24,063 nt of DNA. Origin: a virus (Duplodnaviria > Heunggongvirae > Uroviricota > Caudoviricetes). Shown one piece after another: positions 8,916-17,299 of this stretch. The DNA is taken from IMG/VR virus record IMGVR_UViG_2657245124_000006; one strand, given 5' to 3'. Position numbers and translations under genes: made by a program. Under the pieces are notes generated by a model that was not told the origin of the DNA, searched no databases, and was given only the letters and a program-made list of their open reading frames with translations. The first letter of the stretch is position 1. Every line of letters starts with the position of its first letter.

Positions 8916-9446
8916 TTAACCTTGTATAGTTATTTGAATATTTTCTTCATTGACACCAAAGTATAGGGCTAGCCCTGCTTTTGCCTCCTGAAGTGTTAAC
9001 GGCTTAACTACATTTTCTTCTTCTTCTTCGTACTCATCACCCGCTTGATCGACAATCGAATTAGTCGGGGTTAATTTTGGAAGAGCTTTAAATTCCAACT
9101 TGTCAGCCTCAATGCCAATGTCTTTGAGGTTGCGATAAGAAACGGGATTCCGATTGCCATCCCATTGTCCTGGGATGTCAATTTCAGCATAAGAATTGAT
9201 GTTTATGATCCAGCGTTTAGGGTTTTCTGGAGCCCTGCTTACTCCCGAGATTCGACCGATCATAAAAGCATGATGATGTTTTGCTTCTTGTGATCCCCAG
9301 TCCTTTCTCGAATTTTGTACACAAACTAAATATTCGTGCTTAGCTGCATGGCTGGCGTCAAGTCTCCATGCTTGGCTTCCCCCTGTGTTCAAAATCTCTG
9401 TTAAACCACGAGCAGTAAGTACAGTAATACAGTTGGTAGTAGCCAT
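8916..9446 (-). CDS. Uncharacterised 176-aa protein, cargo gene at the phage right end
   Basis: ATG at 9444-9446, no competing frame, AT-rich. Acidic patch 'DEYEEEEEN'. I recognise no family. Transcribed divergently from the OLD-like gene. Confidence 0.6.
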   Translation of the reverse strand: MATTNCITVLTARGLTEILNTGGSQAWRLDASHAAKHEYLVCVQNSRKDWGSQEAKHHHAFMIGRISGVSRAPENPKRWIININSYAEIDIPGQWDGNRNPVSYRNLKDIGIEADKLEFKALPKLTPTNSIVDQAGDEYEEEEENVVKPLTLQEAKAGLALYFGVNEENIQITIQG

Positions 9447-9763
9447 TGAATTGTGACCCCGTCTTTTTTAGAGAAATACTATTGATGAATGTAGTTTACG
9501 TATTTTTTTATTGAGTAGTCAAGTTAGTATTCTGCTCGTTATTGGCTGTTTTTTGAGTGTTGTGAGTTAGTACTTTGTGTAGTACCTCTTGGTTTATGAG
9601 GGTTAAATCTAAGTTATGACAAAGGGAGGCAGGGGGAACGCGCAGCGCAAGGTGTACAGGAGGCCATAAGGACTCACTTGAAGTAAGAAAAGATCGATAA
9701 AGCAACAATGCATGTCTATGCCGCATGAATTCGCATGATCGTTTGAGGATCGTTTTAGCTGAG

Positions 9764-9791
9764 GCCCGCTAGGAATGGCGGGCTTTTGTTT
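9764..9791 (+). terminator. Rho-independent terminator
   Basis: GCCCGC - TAGGAATG - GCGGGC followed by TTTTGTTT. U-tract is on the + strand only. Confidence 0.6.
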
Positions 9792-9832
9792 ATGTCATGC
9801 AAGTGCATGAAAACCACTACATAAAGCGGGCA

Positions 9833-9851
9833 GGCGTGGCGGGGATACGAG
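9833..9851. other. Putative cos (cohesive-end) site of the P2/186 family
   Basis: GGCGTGGCGGGGATACGAG. The first 13 nt match the P2/186 cos motif GGCG(A/T)GGCGGGGA as I remember it. Located left of Q/P, where cos is expected. From memory, not a database hit. Confidence 0.45.
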
Positions 9852-9888
9852 CGCGCGCTGGGAGGTATAAGAATGAAGTACAATTAAC

Positions 9889-9916
9889 TTCACTTTGTTG
9901 AGTAAAATGCTATAAG
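9889..9916 (+). promoter_or_regulatory. Putative promoter of the OLD-like gene: TTCACT - 16 bp - TGcTATAAG
   Basis: -35-like and extended -10-like elements about 70 bp upstream of the 9983 start. Confidence 0.35.
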
Positions 9917-9982
9917 AATAATGCAAATTATTGAGTCCCATTAGTTCAAAACTTAGGGATATCTTATGTGAAAGGAGGTTAT

Positions 9983-11668
9983 ATGTTAGATAAATTGATT
10001 TTTAATTCAGGAAGTAATCCAACATCTAAATCTTCATTATCGGTTGACTTGACTCCATTGACAATTTTTGTGGGGCCGAATAATAGTGGTAAATCTAGAG
10101 CTTTAATCGATATAGAAAATCAACTGACAACCCGAAATGCAGCGCAGGGAGAAGTAATAAAACAGATATTAATCAAACCACTTTCTGAGGATGAAGCAAA
10201 AAAGGAAATTGAATCTTTACAAGTTGAGCCAAACCAGGATGAAAAGCATGCGGGGCATGTTGTTTTATCTAGGCTAAACCTCCGTGGTGAAGGAATATCT
10301 AGGATTCTAGTGTATTTGGATGGAATGTTAAGAGAATTCCAGCAACCCAATGAATTCAATCGGGAGCATCTATATCAATATTACTCGTTGCTGACTCTAA
10401 GGTTGGATGGTAGAAGTCGACTTTCCTTAACTTCAAGTCAAGGTTCATCCGATTTACAAGGAGAACCTACGAATAACCTTTCATTTCTTTTTAAAAATAA
10501 TAAAGCAAGGATGGAGCTAAGAGATATCGTTTTTGATGCTTTCGGGAAGTATCTTGTTATTGATCCAACAAATATAGGTTATCTTAGAATTCGTCTTTCT
10601 GAGCGCGCTCCTGAGACTGAACAAGAAGAAAGAGGTTGGGATGAAAAGTCAGTGCTTTTTCATTCAAAAGCGTCATTGATTACAGAGGCTAGCGATGGTG
10701 TTAATGCTTTTGTTGGGATGATGATTTCGCTGATAGTTGGCTCACCAAAGGTGACTCTAATTGATGAGCCGGAAGCTTTTTTACATCCATCCTTATGCTC
10801 AAAGTTAGGAAAGGAAATATCTAGGATTAGTGCTCATAGTAATAAAAATGTGTTTATTTCAACGCATAGCGCTAATTTTTTAATGGGTTGTGTTCAAGGT
10901 AAAGTGCCATTGAATATAGTTAGGCTTACTTTTGATGGTAAATCTGGTACGTCTAGATTACTAACAAAGGAACAATTGACGCCGCTCATGAGAAATCCGT
11001 TATTAAGATCTATTGGTGTGCTAAACGCATTGTTTTATAATTACGTTGTCGTTACTGAAGCGGATGCAGATAGGGCATTTTATCAAGAGATTAATGAGCG
11101 CTTATTGGCTGCTGGAGATCCTCGGGGTATTGAGGGATGCCTGTTTTTGAATGCTCAAAACAAACAAACTGTTTGGGATATAGTAAAACCCCTTCGTGAG
11201 CTAGGTATTCCCTGCGTTGGAGTGGTAGATATCGATATATTGAAGGAGGGAGGAGTTGTATGGAAAAAACCAATGCTTGGAGCTTTTTTTCCAGAAATGA
11301 AGCATGAAACTTTAGGTTTGGAAAGACAAAAGCTTTTTCAAGCCTTCAAAAATACGAATAAAAATATGAAGACAGATGGGGGCCTCTCCTTGTTATCGGG
11401 TTCAGATAAAACCGCCTGCTCTGAGTTTTTTAAATCCCTTTCAGATTATGGGGTTTTTGTCGTTCCAACGGGCGAGATCGAGTCTTGGTTGCAAAATCTT
11501 GAAATAGGTCGAGGAAAGAATACTTGGTTAACAAGTATTTTCGAGAAGATGGGGGATGATCCTAATGATGAATCATATGTGAAGCCATCTGAAGGTGATG
11601 TTTGGGATTTTATTGGGAATATAAAGCACTGGTTGGTTAACCCTGAAAGGAAGGGTATTCCCGAGTGA
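9983..11668 (+). CDS. OLD-family / AbiL-like predicted nuclease (ABC-type ATPase plus C-terminal Toprim-like domain)
   Basis: 561 aa from ATG at 9983 (AGGAGG ribosome-binding site; track start at 9968 is GTG). Walker A 'GPNNSGKS', Walker B/D-loop 'VTLIDEPEAFLHPS', H-loop-like 'ISTHSAN'. C-terminal 'VVVTEADAD' and 'VGVVDIDIL' fit a Toprim E...DxD pattern. Very AT-rich. Confidence 0.8.
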   Translation: MLDKLIFNSGSNPTSKSSLSVDLTPLTIFVGPNNSGKSRALIDIENQLTTRNAAQGEVIKQILIKPLSEDEAKKEIESLQVEPNQDEKHAGHVVLSRLNLRGEGISRILVYLDGMLREFQQPNEFNREHLYQYYSLLTLRLDGRSRLSLTSSQGSSDLQGEPTNNLSFLFKNNKARMELRDIVFDAFGKYLVIDPTNIGYLRIRLSERAPETEQEERGWDEKSVLFHSKASLITEASDGVNAFVGMMISLIVGSPKVTLIDEPEAFLHPSLCSKLGKEISRISAHSNKNVFISTHSANFLMGCVQGKVPLNIVRLTFDGKSGTSRLLTKEQLTPLMRNPLLRSIGVLNALFYNYVVVTEADADRAFYQEINERLLAAGDPRGIEGCLFLNAQNKQTVWDIVKPLRELGIPCVGVVDIDILKEGGVVWKKPMLGAFFPEMKHETLGLERQKLFQAFKNTNKNMKTDGGLSLLSGSDKTACSEFFKSLSDYGVFVVPTGEIESWLQNLEIGRGKNTWLTSIFEKMGDDPNDESYVKPSEGDVWDFIGNIKHWLVNPERKGIPE

Positions 11669-11675
11669 GTTTATT

Positions 11676-11700
11676 GAGCCGCTTTAGCGGCTCTTTTCAT
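11676..11700 (+). terminator. Rho-independent terminator after the OLD-like gene
   Basis: GAGCCGC - TTTA - GCGGCTC followed by TTTTCAT, sitting between the convergent OLD-like and Q genes. Confidence 0.6.
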
Positions 11701-11704
11701 ATTC

Positions 11705-12733
11705 CTATGCAAGGTTATATTCATTAAATTGCATTATTGGCTCCTTTATCCATTCATTTACTTCTTGAAGCCTTTTTTGCAATGGAATTAGCTCATTACG
11801 GACAAAGACCCTGCTGGCTTTCTCCACATCCCCAAATCCCCCGACATTATTTGGCATTATCCCCATCATTTGTGGCGGCACACGATGCGCAGCCATCATG
11901 TCATCCCGGCTCACGTTCTTGATATTCAGAAACTCATCCTTCGCCGCGACTTCTGACAACGGGATGATCTGAAGCCCGTCCTTTTTGCCGTTAGGCGAGT
12001 ACATAAACAGGTTGCGGAAGTTGCCAGGGCCTTTGGCGCTTTTCATCGCATTGCGGAGGTTGTTCACATCCTCCTGGTTCTGCGCGGCATCGGTCATGTA
12101 CATGATGAAGCCTGCATGACTGCCGTTAATGTAATACTTCCGGCGGAACAGCGTGGCGGACTCGTTGAGCAGGGCTGACGGAATGGCAGAAAGATAACCT
12201 GGCAGGCCGTAGATCTCCTGGTTGATGTCAGGTTCCATCAGATGAAAAATGCTGCCTTTCGTGAACTGATACGGCTGGGTTGTCATACCGTATTGCACAA
12301 ACCAGTAGGTATCCAGGTCTAACCCGCGTCGGGTGTATTTTGCCAGCGCAGGCTCAAGGGCTATAACTTCACCGAATCGGTTCGTGCGTTTCTCCAGGTA
12401 GGCGTTACCAAATACCAGATAGTCCTGCACAAAACGCGAAAAAGCCTGTTGGCTGAGCAGCGGATGAGGGATATAGGTACTGGTCAGAATGTTGCACTTT
12501 ACTGCAATCGGGGAACTGTGATGCACGGCAGCCCGGAAGGTGCGCGCCAGTCCGTCAAAACTTACGGGTGGCTCATACCAGCGATCCGTCTGTACGCATT
12601 CTACATAGTCCAGCAGTTCGCGGCGGTCCAGTACAGGAATGGGATCACCAAAGCTGAAAGCTTCGGCTGAAGTTTGATTTTTATGCTGGCTCCGTTTCGT
12701 CGCAGCAGCGCGGTTTTTCTTACTCTTTCCCAT
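11705..12733 (-). CDS. Q: Portal protein, P2 gpQ-like
   Basis: 342 aa from ATG at 12731-12733 (track start is TTG). Same size and position as P2 Q. Start overlaps the P stop. Confidence 0.9.
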   Translation of the reverse strand: MGKSKKNRAAATKRSQHKNQTSAEAFSFGDPIPVLDRRELLDYVECVQTDRWYEPPVSFDGLARTFRAAVHHSSPIAVKCNILTSTYIPHPLLSQQAFSRFVQDYLVFGNAYLEKRTNRFGEVIALEPALAKYTRRGLDLDTYWFVQYGMTTQPYQFTKGSIFHLMEPDINQEIYGLPGYLSAIPSALLNESATLFRRKYYINGSHAGFIMYMTDAAQNQEDVNNLRNAMKSAKGPGNFRNLFMYSPNGKKDGLQIIPLSEVAAKDEFLNIKNVSRDDMMAAHRVPPQMMGIMPNNVGGFGDVEKASRVFVRNELIPLQKRLQEVNEWIKEPIMQFNEYNLA

Positions 12734-14499
12734 CAAAAAATCTCCACAATATTGCTGGTATTGGCGGACTCGCCCTGCAGCGGTTCGTTAAACAGTGCGT
12801 GCATTGTTGCCCAGGCCAGATCGGCGTGGCTGGCTTCTTCGCTGCGGCTAGCTTCATAGGTCGGGCGGTTGCCGCTGGCGGTGGTGGCGCGACGGATTGC
12901 CATGAATGACTGCGCAATGTCGGTGTGCCCGGCGTCAAACTCCAGACGGCGGTGGCTGATAATGTCGTAGGCCTTGAGTACCAGGGCGTTTTTAACGTTG
13001 GGGTTGTAGACAAACTCCCGGACGGCAGGAAAGAACGCTTTCACGTTCTCATAAACCCCGTGACCGACGCCTGTCGAGTCGATGCCGATATAGGTCACGT
13101 TGTACTGCTCGGTCAGTTTTTTGATTGCATCAGCCTGGGCGCGGAAGTCCATCCCGCGCCACTGGTGACGCTCAAGAATGCGAAACTTACCGCCTGGCAC
13201 GGCTGGCGGTGCCACCACCACGCATCCGGCGCTGTCGCCATTCTGCGTACCTTTTGCCGGGTCATAACCGATCCACACCTCGCGCCAGCCAAACGGGCGC
13301 AGGGCCAGTGCATGAAAGTCGGTCCAGACTTCCCAACTGTCCACCATGCACGCCTGCAGCTCGCTGAGCGGAAACACGGATGCGAGATCGTCCACAAACT
13401 CGCACATCAGCAGGTTCTGGTATTCGTCCGGGCTGTACTCCATGCGTAGCTGGTCGAGGTCGAACAGGTTACAGCCGCCGCGCACCGCATCTTCCACGGT
13501 GACTATCTGGCGGTATTGCCCGTCTGCGCACAGCAGGCCGGGGGCCAGATTGCTGTGGGACAGGTCGATGTCCACCTTATCGGCTTTGTTGCGCCCACGG
13601 TTGAACAGCGCACCGGACCAGAACGGATAAGCACTGTGTGTCAGACTGGATGGCGTGGAAAAATAGGTTTGTCGCCATTTTTTGTGAATAGCCATACCGG
13701 AAGCCACTTTGCGCAGCTCCTGGAATTTCGGTATCCAGAAATATTCATCCAGATACAGGTTGCCGTGGTAACTCTGGGCCGTGCGGGCATTGGTGCCGAG
13801 GAAGTAAAGCGTGGCCCCGTTAGGAAGCACCATCGGATCGCCTTTCAGCTCCACCTCCACTTCTTTGGCAAAGTCGATGATGTACTGTTTAAAGACGTGG
13901 GCCTGAGCCTTGCTGGCAGAAAGGAAAATCTGGTTACGCCCGGTCAGCAGGGCGTCAATCAGGGCTTCACGGGCAAAGTAAAAGGTCGCGCCGATCTGGC
14001 GTGACTTCAGCAGGTTGCGGATGCGGTTGGTTTTTCCGGCTTCCCACCAGTGGCGCTGGTAGTTGAACATAGAGGAATGGAAGATTTCTTCCAGTTTCTC
14101 AATCTGTTCATCGGTGAAAACATTCTTTTCCGGCTGACGACGTGGGCCTTTGTTGCGGTTGGCAACGTTAGGGTTTAAGTCGGCTTCGTTGCCGCCATTG
14201 TTAAACTTGCCGATCCGCGCGTGGCGCTCAGACTGGCGTGCCAGCAGGTCAATTTCTTTGAAATCTTTCCCTTCTTTGTGCTCCTTCATAATGAGCTGGC
14301 AGTAGCGTGCGGCGGTGGTGAGCTGCATCTGATCCAGCGGCCCATAGTCACCCCACTTGTCGCGTTTTTTCCAGCTGTGAACGGTTGCAACTTTCTCGCC
14401 CAGCATTTCAGCAATGCGGGCGACGCGGTATCCCTGAAAGTACAGCAGCATGGCCTGCCGACGGGGATCGAGATCTGCGGGTGTCAGTGTGGTGTTCAT
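12733..14499 (-). CDS. P: Terminase large (ATPase) subunit, P2 gpP-like
   Basis: 588 aa, ATG at 14497-14499. Divergent from O as in P2. Confidence 0.9.
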   Translation of the reverse strand: MNTTLTPADLDPRRQAMLLYFQGYRVARIAEMLGEKVATVHSWKKRDKWGDYGPLDQMQLTTAARYCQLIMKEHKEGKDFKEIDLLARQSERHARIGKFNNGGNEADLNPNVANRNKGPRRQPEKNVFTDEQIEKLEEIFHSSMFNYQRHWWEAGKTNRIRNLLKSRQIGATFYFAREALIDALLTGRNQIFLSASKAQAHVFKQYIIDFAKEVEVELKGDPMVLPNGATLYFLGTNARTAQSYHGNLYLDEYFWIPKFQELRKVASGMAIHKKWRQTYFSTPSSLTHSAYPFWSGALFNRGRNKADKVDIDLSHSNLAPGLLCADGQYRQIVTVEDAVRGGCNLFDLDQLRMEYSPDEYQNLLMCEFVDDLASVFPLSELQACMVDSWEVWTDFHALALRPFGWREVWIGYDPAKGTQNGDSAGCVVVAPPAVPGGKFRILERHQWRGMDFRAQADAIKKLTEQYNVTYIGIDSTGVGHGVYENVKAFFPAVREFVYNPNVKNALVLKAYDIISHRRLEFDAGHTDIAQSFMAIRRATTASGNRPTYEASRSEEASHADLAWATMHALFNEPLQGESANTSNIVEIF

Positions 14500-14544
14500 G
14501 GCACAAACCTACAGCCTTGAATGAAGGCTTTCCCCGCCTGCGGT

Positions 14545-14562
14545 TTGTGTGGTTGTCGGTAC
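14545..14562. promoter_or_regulatory. Late-promoter activator site (TGT-N12-ACA) in the P/O divergent region
   Basis: TGTGTGGTTGTCGGTACA matches the dyad bound by Ogr/B/Delta-type activators at P2-family late promoters. Confidence 0.45.
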
Positions 14563-14641
14563 AAATACCGCGCATTGTTTCACTGCCCCCATCACCGCAA
14601 CCATAAGGCTCCAGTAAGTTTTTTCTAACGGAGCACGGCTC

Positions 14642-15475
14642 ATGACAGTGAAAGCAAAGCGTTTTCGCATCGGGGTGGAAGGTGCCACCACCGACGGACG
14701 CGAAATCCAGCGTGAATGGCTGGAACAGATGGCAGCCAGCTACAACCCGGCGGTGTATACCGCGCTGATTAACCTTGAGCACATCAAGTCTTATCTGCCG
14801 GACAGCACCTTTAACCGCTACGGCAAGGTGACGGCGCTGTTTGCTGAAGAAATAACGGAAGGTCCGCTGGCAGGCAAGATGGCGCTGTATGCCGATGTTG
14901 AGCCAACGGAGTCCCTGGTGGAACTGGTGAAAAAAGGCCAGAAATTATTCACCTCTATGGAAGTCAGCCCGAAGTTCGCTGATACGGGCAAAGCCTACCT
15001 GGTCGGCCTGGCTGCCACTGATGACCCTGCCAGTCTGGGTACGGAAATGCTGACATTCAGCGCCAGTGCAGCTCATAACCCGCTGGCAAACCGCAAGCAG
15101 AATCCTGCAAATCTCTTTACCGCTGCAGAGGAAACGGTGATCGAACTGGAAGAAATCCAGGATGACAAACCGTCCCTGTTTGCCCGTGTCACGGCGTTGT
15201 TTACCAAAAAAGAACAGTCCGATGACGCCCGGTTCTCTGATGTGCATAAGGCCGTGGAGCTGGTTGCCACTGAGCAGCAGAACCTGAGCGCACGCACCGA
15301 AAAATCCCTGTCTGAGCAGGAAGAACGCCTGTCTGAACTGGAGACTGCTCTGCAGGAGCAGCAAACCGCCTTTAACGAACTGGTGAATAAGCTGAGTCAT
15401 GAAGACAGCCGCCAGGACTACCGCCAGCGTGCAACAGGCGGTAACGCCCCCGCTGACACTCTGACCAATTGCTGA
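14642..15475 (+). CDS. O: Capsid scaffolding protein, P2 gpO-like
   Basis: 277 aa. 'FRIGVEGATTDGREI...INLEH' and C-terminal '...ATGGNAPADTLTNC' resemble P2 gpO. Confidence 0.88.
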   Translation: MTVKAKRFRIGVEGATTDGREIQREWLEQMAASYNPAVYTALINLEHIKSYLPDSTFNRYGKVTALFAEEITEGPLAGKMALYADVEPTESLVELVKKGQKLFTSMEVSPKFADTGKAYLVGLAATDDPASLGTEMLTFSASAAHNPLANRKQNPANLFTAAEETVIELEEIQDDKPSLFARVTALFTKKEQSDDARFSDVHKAVELVATEQQNLSARTEKSLSEQEERLSELETALQEQQTAFNELVNKLSHEDSRQDYRQRATGGNAPADTLTNC

Positions 15476-15491
15476 TGGAGCACAAAACCTG

Positions 15492-16550
15492 ATGAAGAAG
15501 AATACCCGCTTTGCTTTTAACGCTTACCTGCAGCAGCTGGCGCGTCTGAACGGTGTGGCAGTTGAAGAACTGTCCAGCAAGTTCACCGTGGAGCCGTCTG
15601 TACAGCAGACGCTGGAAGACCAGATCCAGCAGTCCGCCGCTTTCCTGACGCTGATTAACGTCACGCCAGTGACTGAGCAGTCCGGTCAGCTGCTGGGGTT
15701 GGGTGTTGGTAGCACCATTGCCGGAACCACTGACACCACCGCGAAAGAGCGTGAACCTGTCGATCCTACGCTGATGGTCGATGTGGAATACAAATGCGAG
15801 CAGACCAACTTTGACACGGTACTGACCTACGCGAAGCTGGACCTGTGGGCGAAGTTTCAGGATTTCCAGGTGCGTATCCGTGACGCCATCGTGAAACGTC
15901 AGGCACTGGACCGCATCATGATCGGCTTTAACGGCGTGAAGCGTGCGAAAACCTCCAACCGTAGCGAAAACCCGCTGCTGCAGGATGTGAACAAAGGCTG
16001 GTTGCAGAAAATCCGTGAGGATGCACCGGATCACGTCATGGGCAGCACCACCACGGGCGGTGAAACCACACCGGGCGCGGTGAAAGTCGGAAAAGGTGGC
16101 GAATATGCCAACCTGGACGCCGTGGTGATGGATGCCGTCAATGAGCTTATCGACGTGGTCTACCAGGACGATGACGATCTGGTGGTGATTTGCGGTCGTG
16201 AGCTGCTATCTGACAAGTATTTCCCGCTGGTCAACAAAGAGCAGGAAAACAGTGAAAAACTGGCTGCCGATATGATCATCAGTCAGAAACGCATGGGAGG
16301 CCTGCAGGCCGTGCGTGCGCCGTTCTTCCCGCCGAATGCGCTGCTGATCACCCGTCTGGATAACCTGTCCATCTACTGGCAGGAAGACACCCGCCGCCGT
16401 TCAGTTATCGACAACCCGAAACGTGACCGGATTGAAAACTTTGAATCCGTTAACGAAGCCTATGTGGTTGAGGACTACCGCTGCGCCGCACTGGTGGAAA
16501 ACATCCAGATTGGCGATTTCAGCGCCGCCGCAGCAGAAACCGGAGAGTAA
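15492..16550 (+). CDS. N: Major capsid protein, P2 gpN-like
   Basis: 352 aa. 'FAFNAYLQQLARLNGV...KFTVEPSVQQTL' and 'KVGKGGEYANLDAVVMDA' resemble P2 gpN. Confidence 0.9.
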   Translation: MKKNTRFAFNAYLQQLARLNGVAVEELSSKFTVEPSVQQTLEDQIQQSAAFLTLINVTPVTEQSGQLLGLGVGSTIAGTTDTTAKEREPVDPTLMVDVEYKCEQTNFDTVLTYAKLDLWAKFQDFQVRIRDAIVKRQALDRIMIGFNGVKRAKTSNRSENPLLQDVNKGWLQKIREDAPDHVMGSTTTGGETTPGAVKVGKGGEYANLDAVVMDAVNELIDVVYQDDDDLVVICGRELLSDKYFPLVNKEQENSEKLAADMIISQKRMGGLQAVRAPFFPPNALLITRLDNLSIYWQEDTRRRSVIDNPKRDRIENFESVNEAYVVEDYRCAALVENIQIGDFSAAAAETGE

Positions 16551-16553
16551 TCC

Positions 16554-17204
16554 ATGAGCCTGAGTCCCGCACGGCAGCATCGCCTGCGCGTTCAGGCTGA
16601 ACAGGCCGCCCGCGAGGGCGGCAGTGTTCGCCACGCATCGGGCTATGACCTGATGCTGCTGCAACTGGCGGAAGACCGCCGCCGTCTCAAGGGCGTTCAG
16701 TCCACGGTCAAAAAAGCGGAAATCAAGGTGGAGCTGCTGCCGAAGTACGCCGCCTGGGCAGAGGGTGTCCTGGCTGCCGGAGGCGCTCAACAGGATGACG
16801 TGCTGATGTACGTGATGCTGTGGCGCATTGATGCCGGAGATTATGCCGGGGCGCTGGAGATCGGGCGTCATGCCCTGCGTCATGGCTGGGTGATGCCGCT
16901 GGGTAACCGCAACGTGCAGACCGTGCTGGCAGAGGAAATGGCAGACGCCGCGCAGAGCGCAATGCTTGCCGCCACCGGCTTTGATGCCGATCTGTTGCTG
17001 CAGACGCTGGAGCTGACAGACGGTCTGGATATGCCGGACCAGTCACGGGCGCGTCTGCATAAAGCGATTGGCGCTGTCCTGAGTGAAAGCAATCCGGCTT
17101 CCGCCCTTAATCATCTCAACCATGCGTTACAGCTCGATCCCCGCTGTGGCGTGAAAAAAGACAAACAGCAGCTGGAGCGCAGACTGCGCAATGACAGCCG
17201 CTGA
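16554..17204 (+). CDS. M: Terminase small subunit, P2 gpM-like
   Basis: 216 aa, ATG at 16554 with GGAGAG ribosome-binding site, directly after N. Confidence 0.85.
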   Translation: MSLSPARQHRLRVQAEQAAREGGSVRHASGYDLMLLQLAEDRRRLKGVQSTVKKAEIKVELLPKYAAWAEGVLAAGGAQQDDVLMYVMLWRIDAGDYAGALEIGRHALRHGWVMPLGNRNVQTVLAEEMADAAQSAMLAATGFDADLLLQTLELTDGLDMPDQSRARLHKAIGAVLSESNPASALNHLNHALQLDPRCGVKKDKQQLERRLRNDSR

Positions 17205-17299
17205 CAGAACGTGCCCCCGCGCACGGGCGGCACGGGGTGGCGAAAGGCACTACCACATCAAAACCCCGTCCACCGCCCTCTATTTCAGGAGAAAGCAGC

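Noticed and set aside
8784-8966. 60-aa + strand ORF between dinI and the 176-aa gene
   Set aside because: It overlaps the 3' end of the 176-aa gene on the opposite strand and has no ribosome-binding site.
8916-9620. Type III toxin-antitoxin (ToxIN-like): the 176-aa gene preceded by RNA repeats
   Set aside because: The upstream direct repeats (TTGAGTAGTCAAGTTAGTATTCTG and TTGAGTGTTGTGAGTTAGTACTTTG, about 9511-9579) are only two imperfect copies 44 bp apart, not a tight array of 34-36-nt units. No terminator lies between them and the gene. Not excluded, but unsupported.
9508-9726. 72-aa minus-strand ORF in the intergenic region
   Set aside because: It spans promoter-like AT-rich sequence and the GC-rich repeat, has no ribosome-binding site and a low-complexity product.
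9447-9982. Retron ncRNA (msr/msd) in the structured intergenic region
   Set aside because: No reverse-transcriptase ORF anywhere in the window, and the repeats are direct rather than the inverted a1/a2 pair expected for a retron.
12925-14004. Antisense ORFs inside the terminase gene P (for example 12925..13449, 13516..14004)
   Set aside because: They lie fully within a well-supported gene on the opposite strand, have Arg/Ala/Pro/His-rich composition typical of antisense GC-rich frames, and lack ribosome-binding sites.
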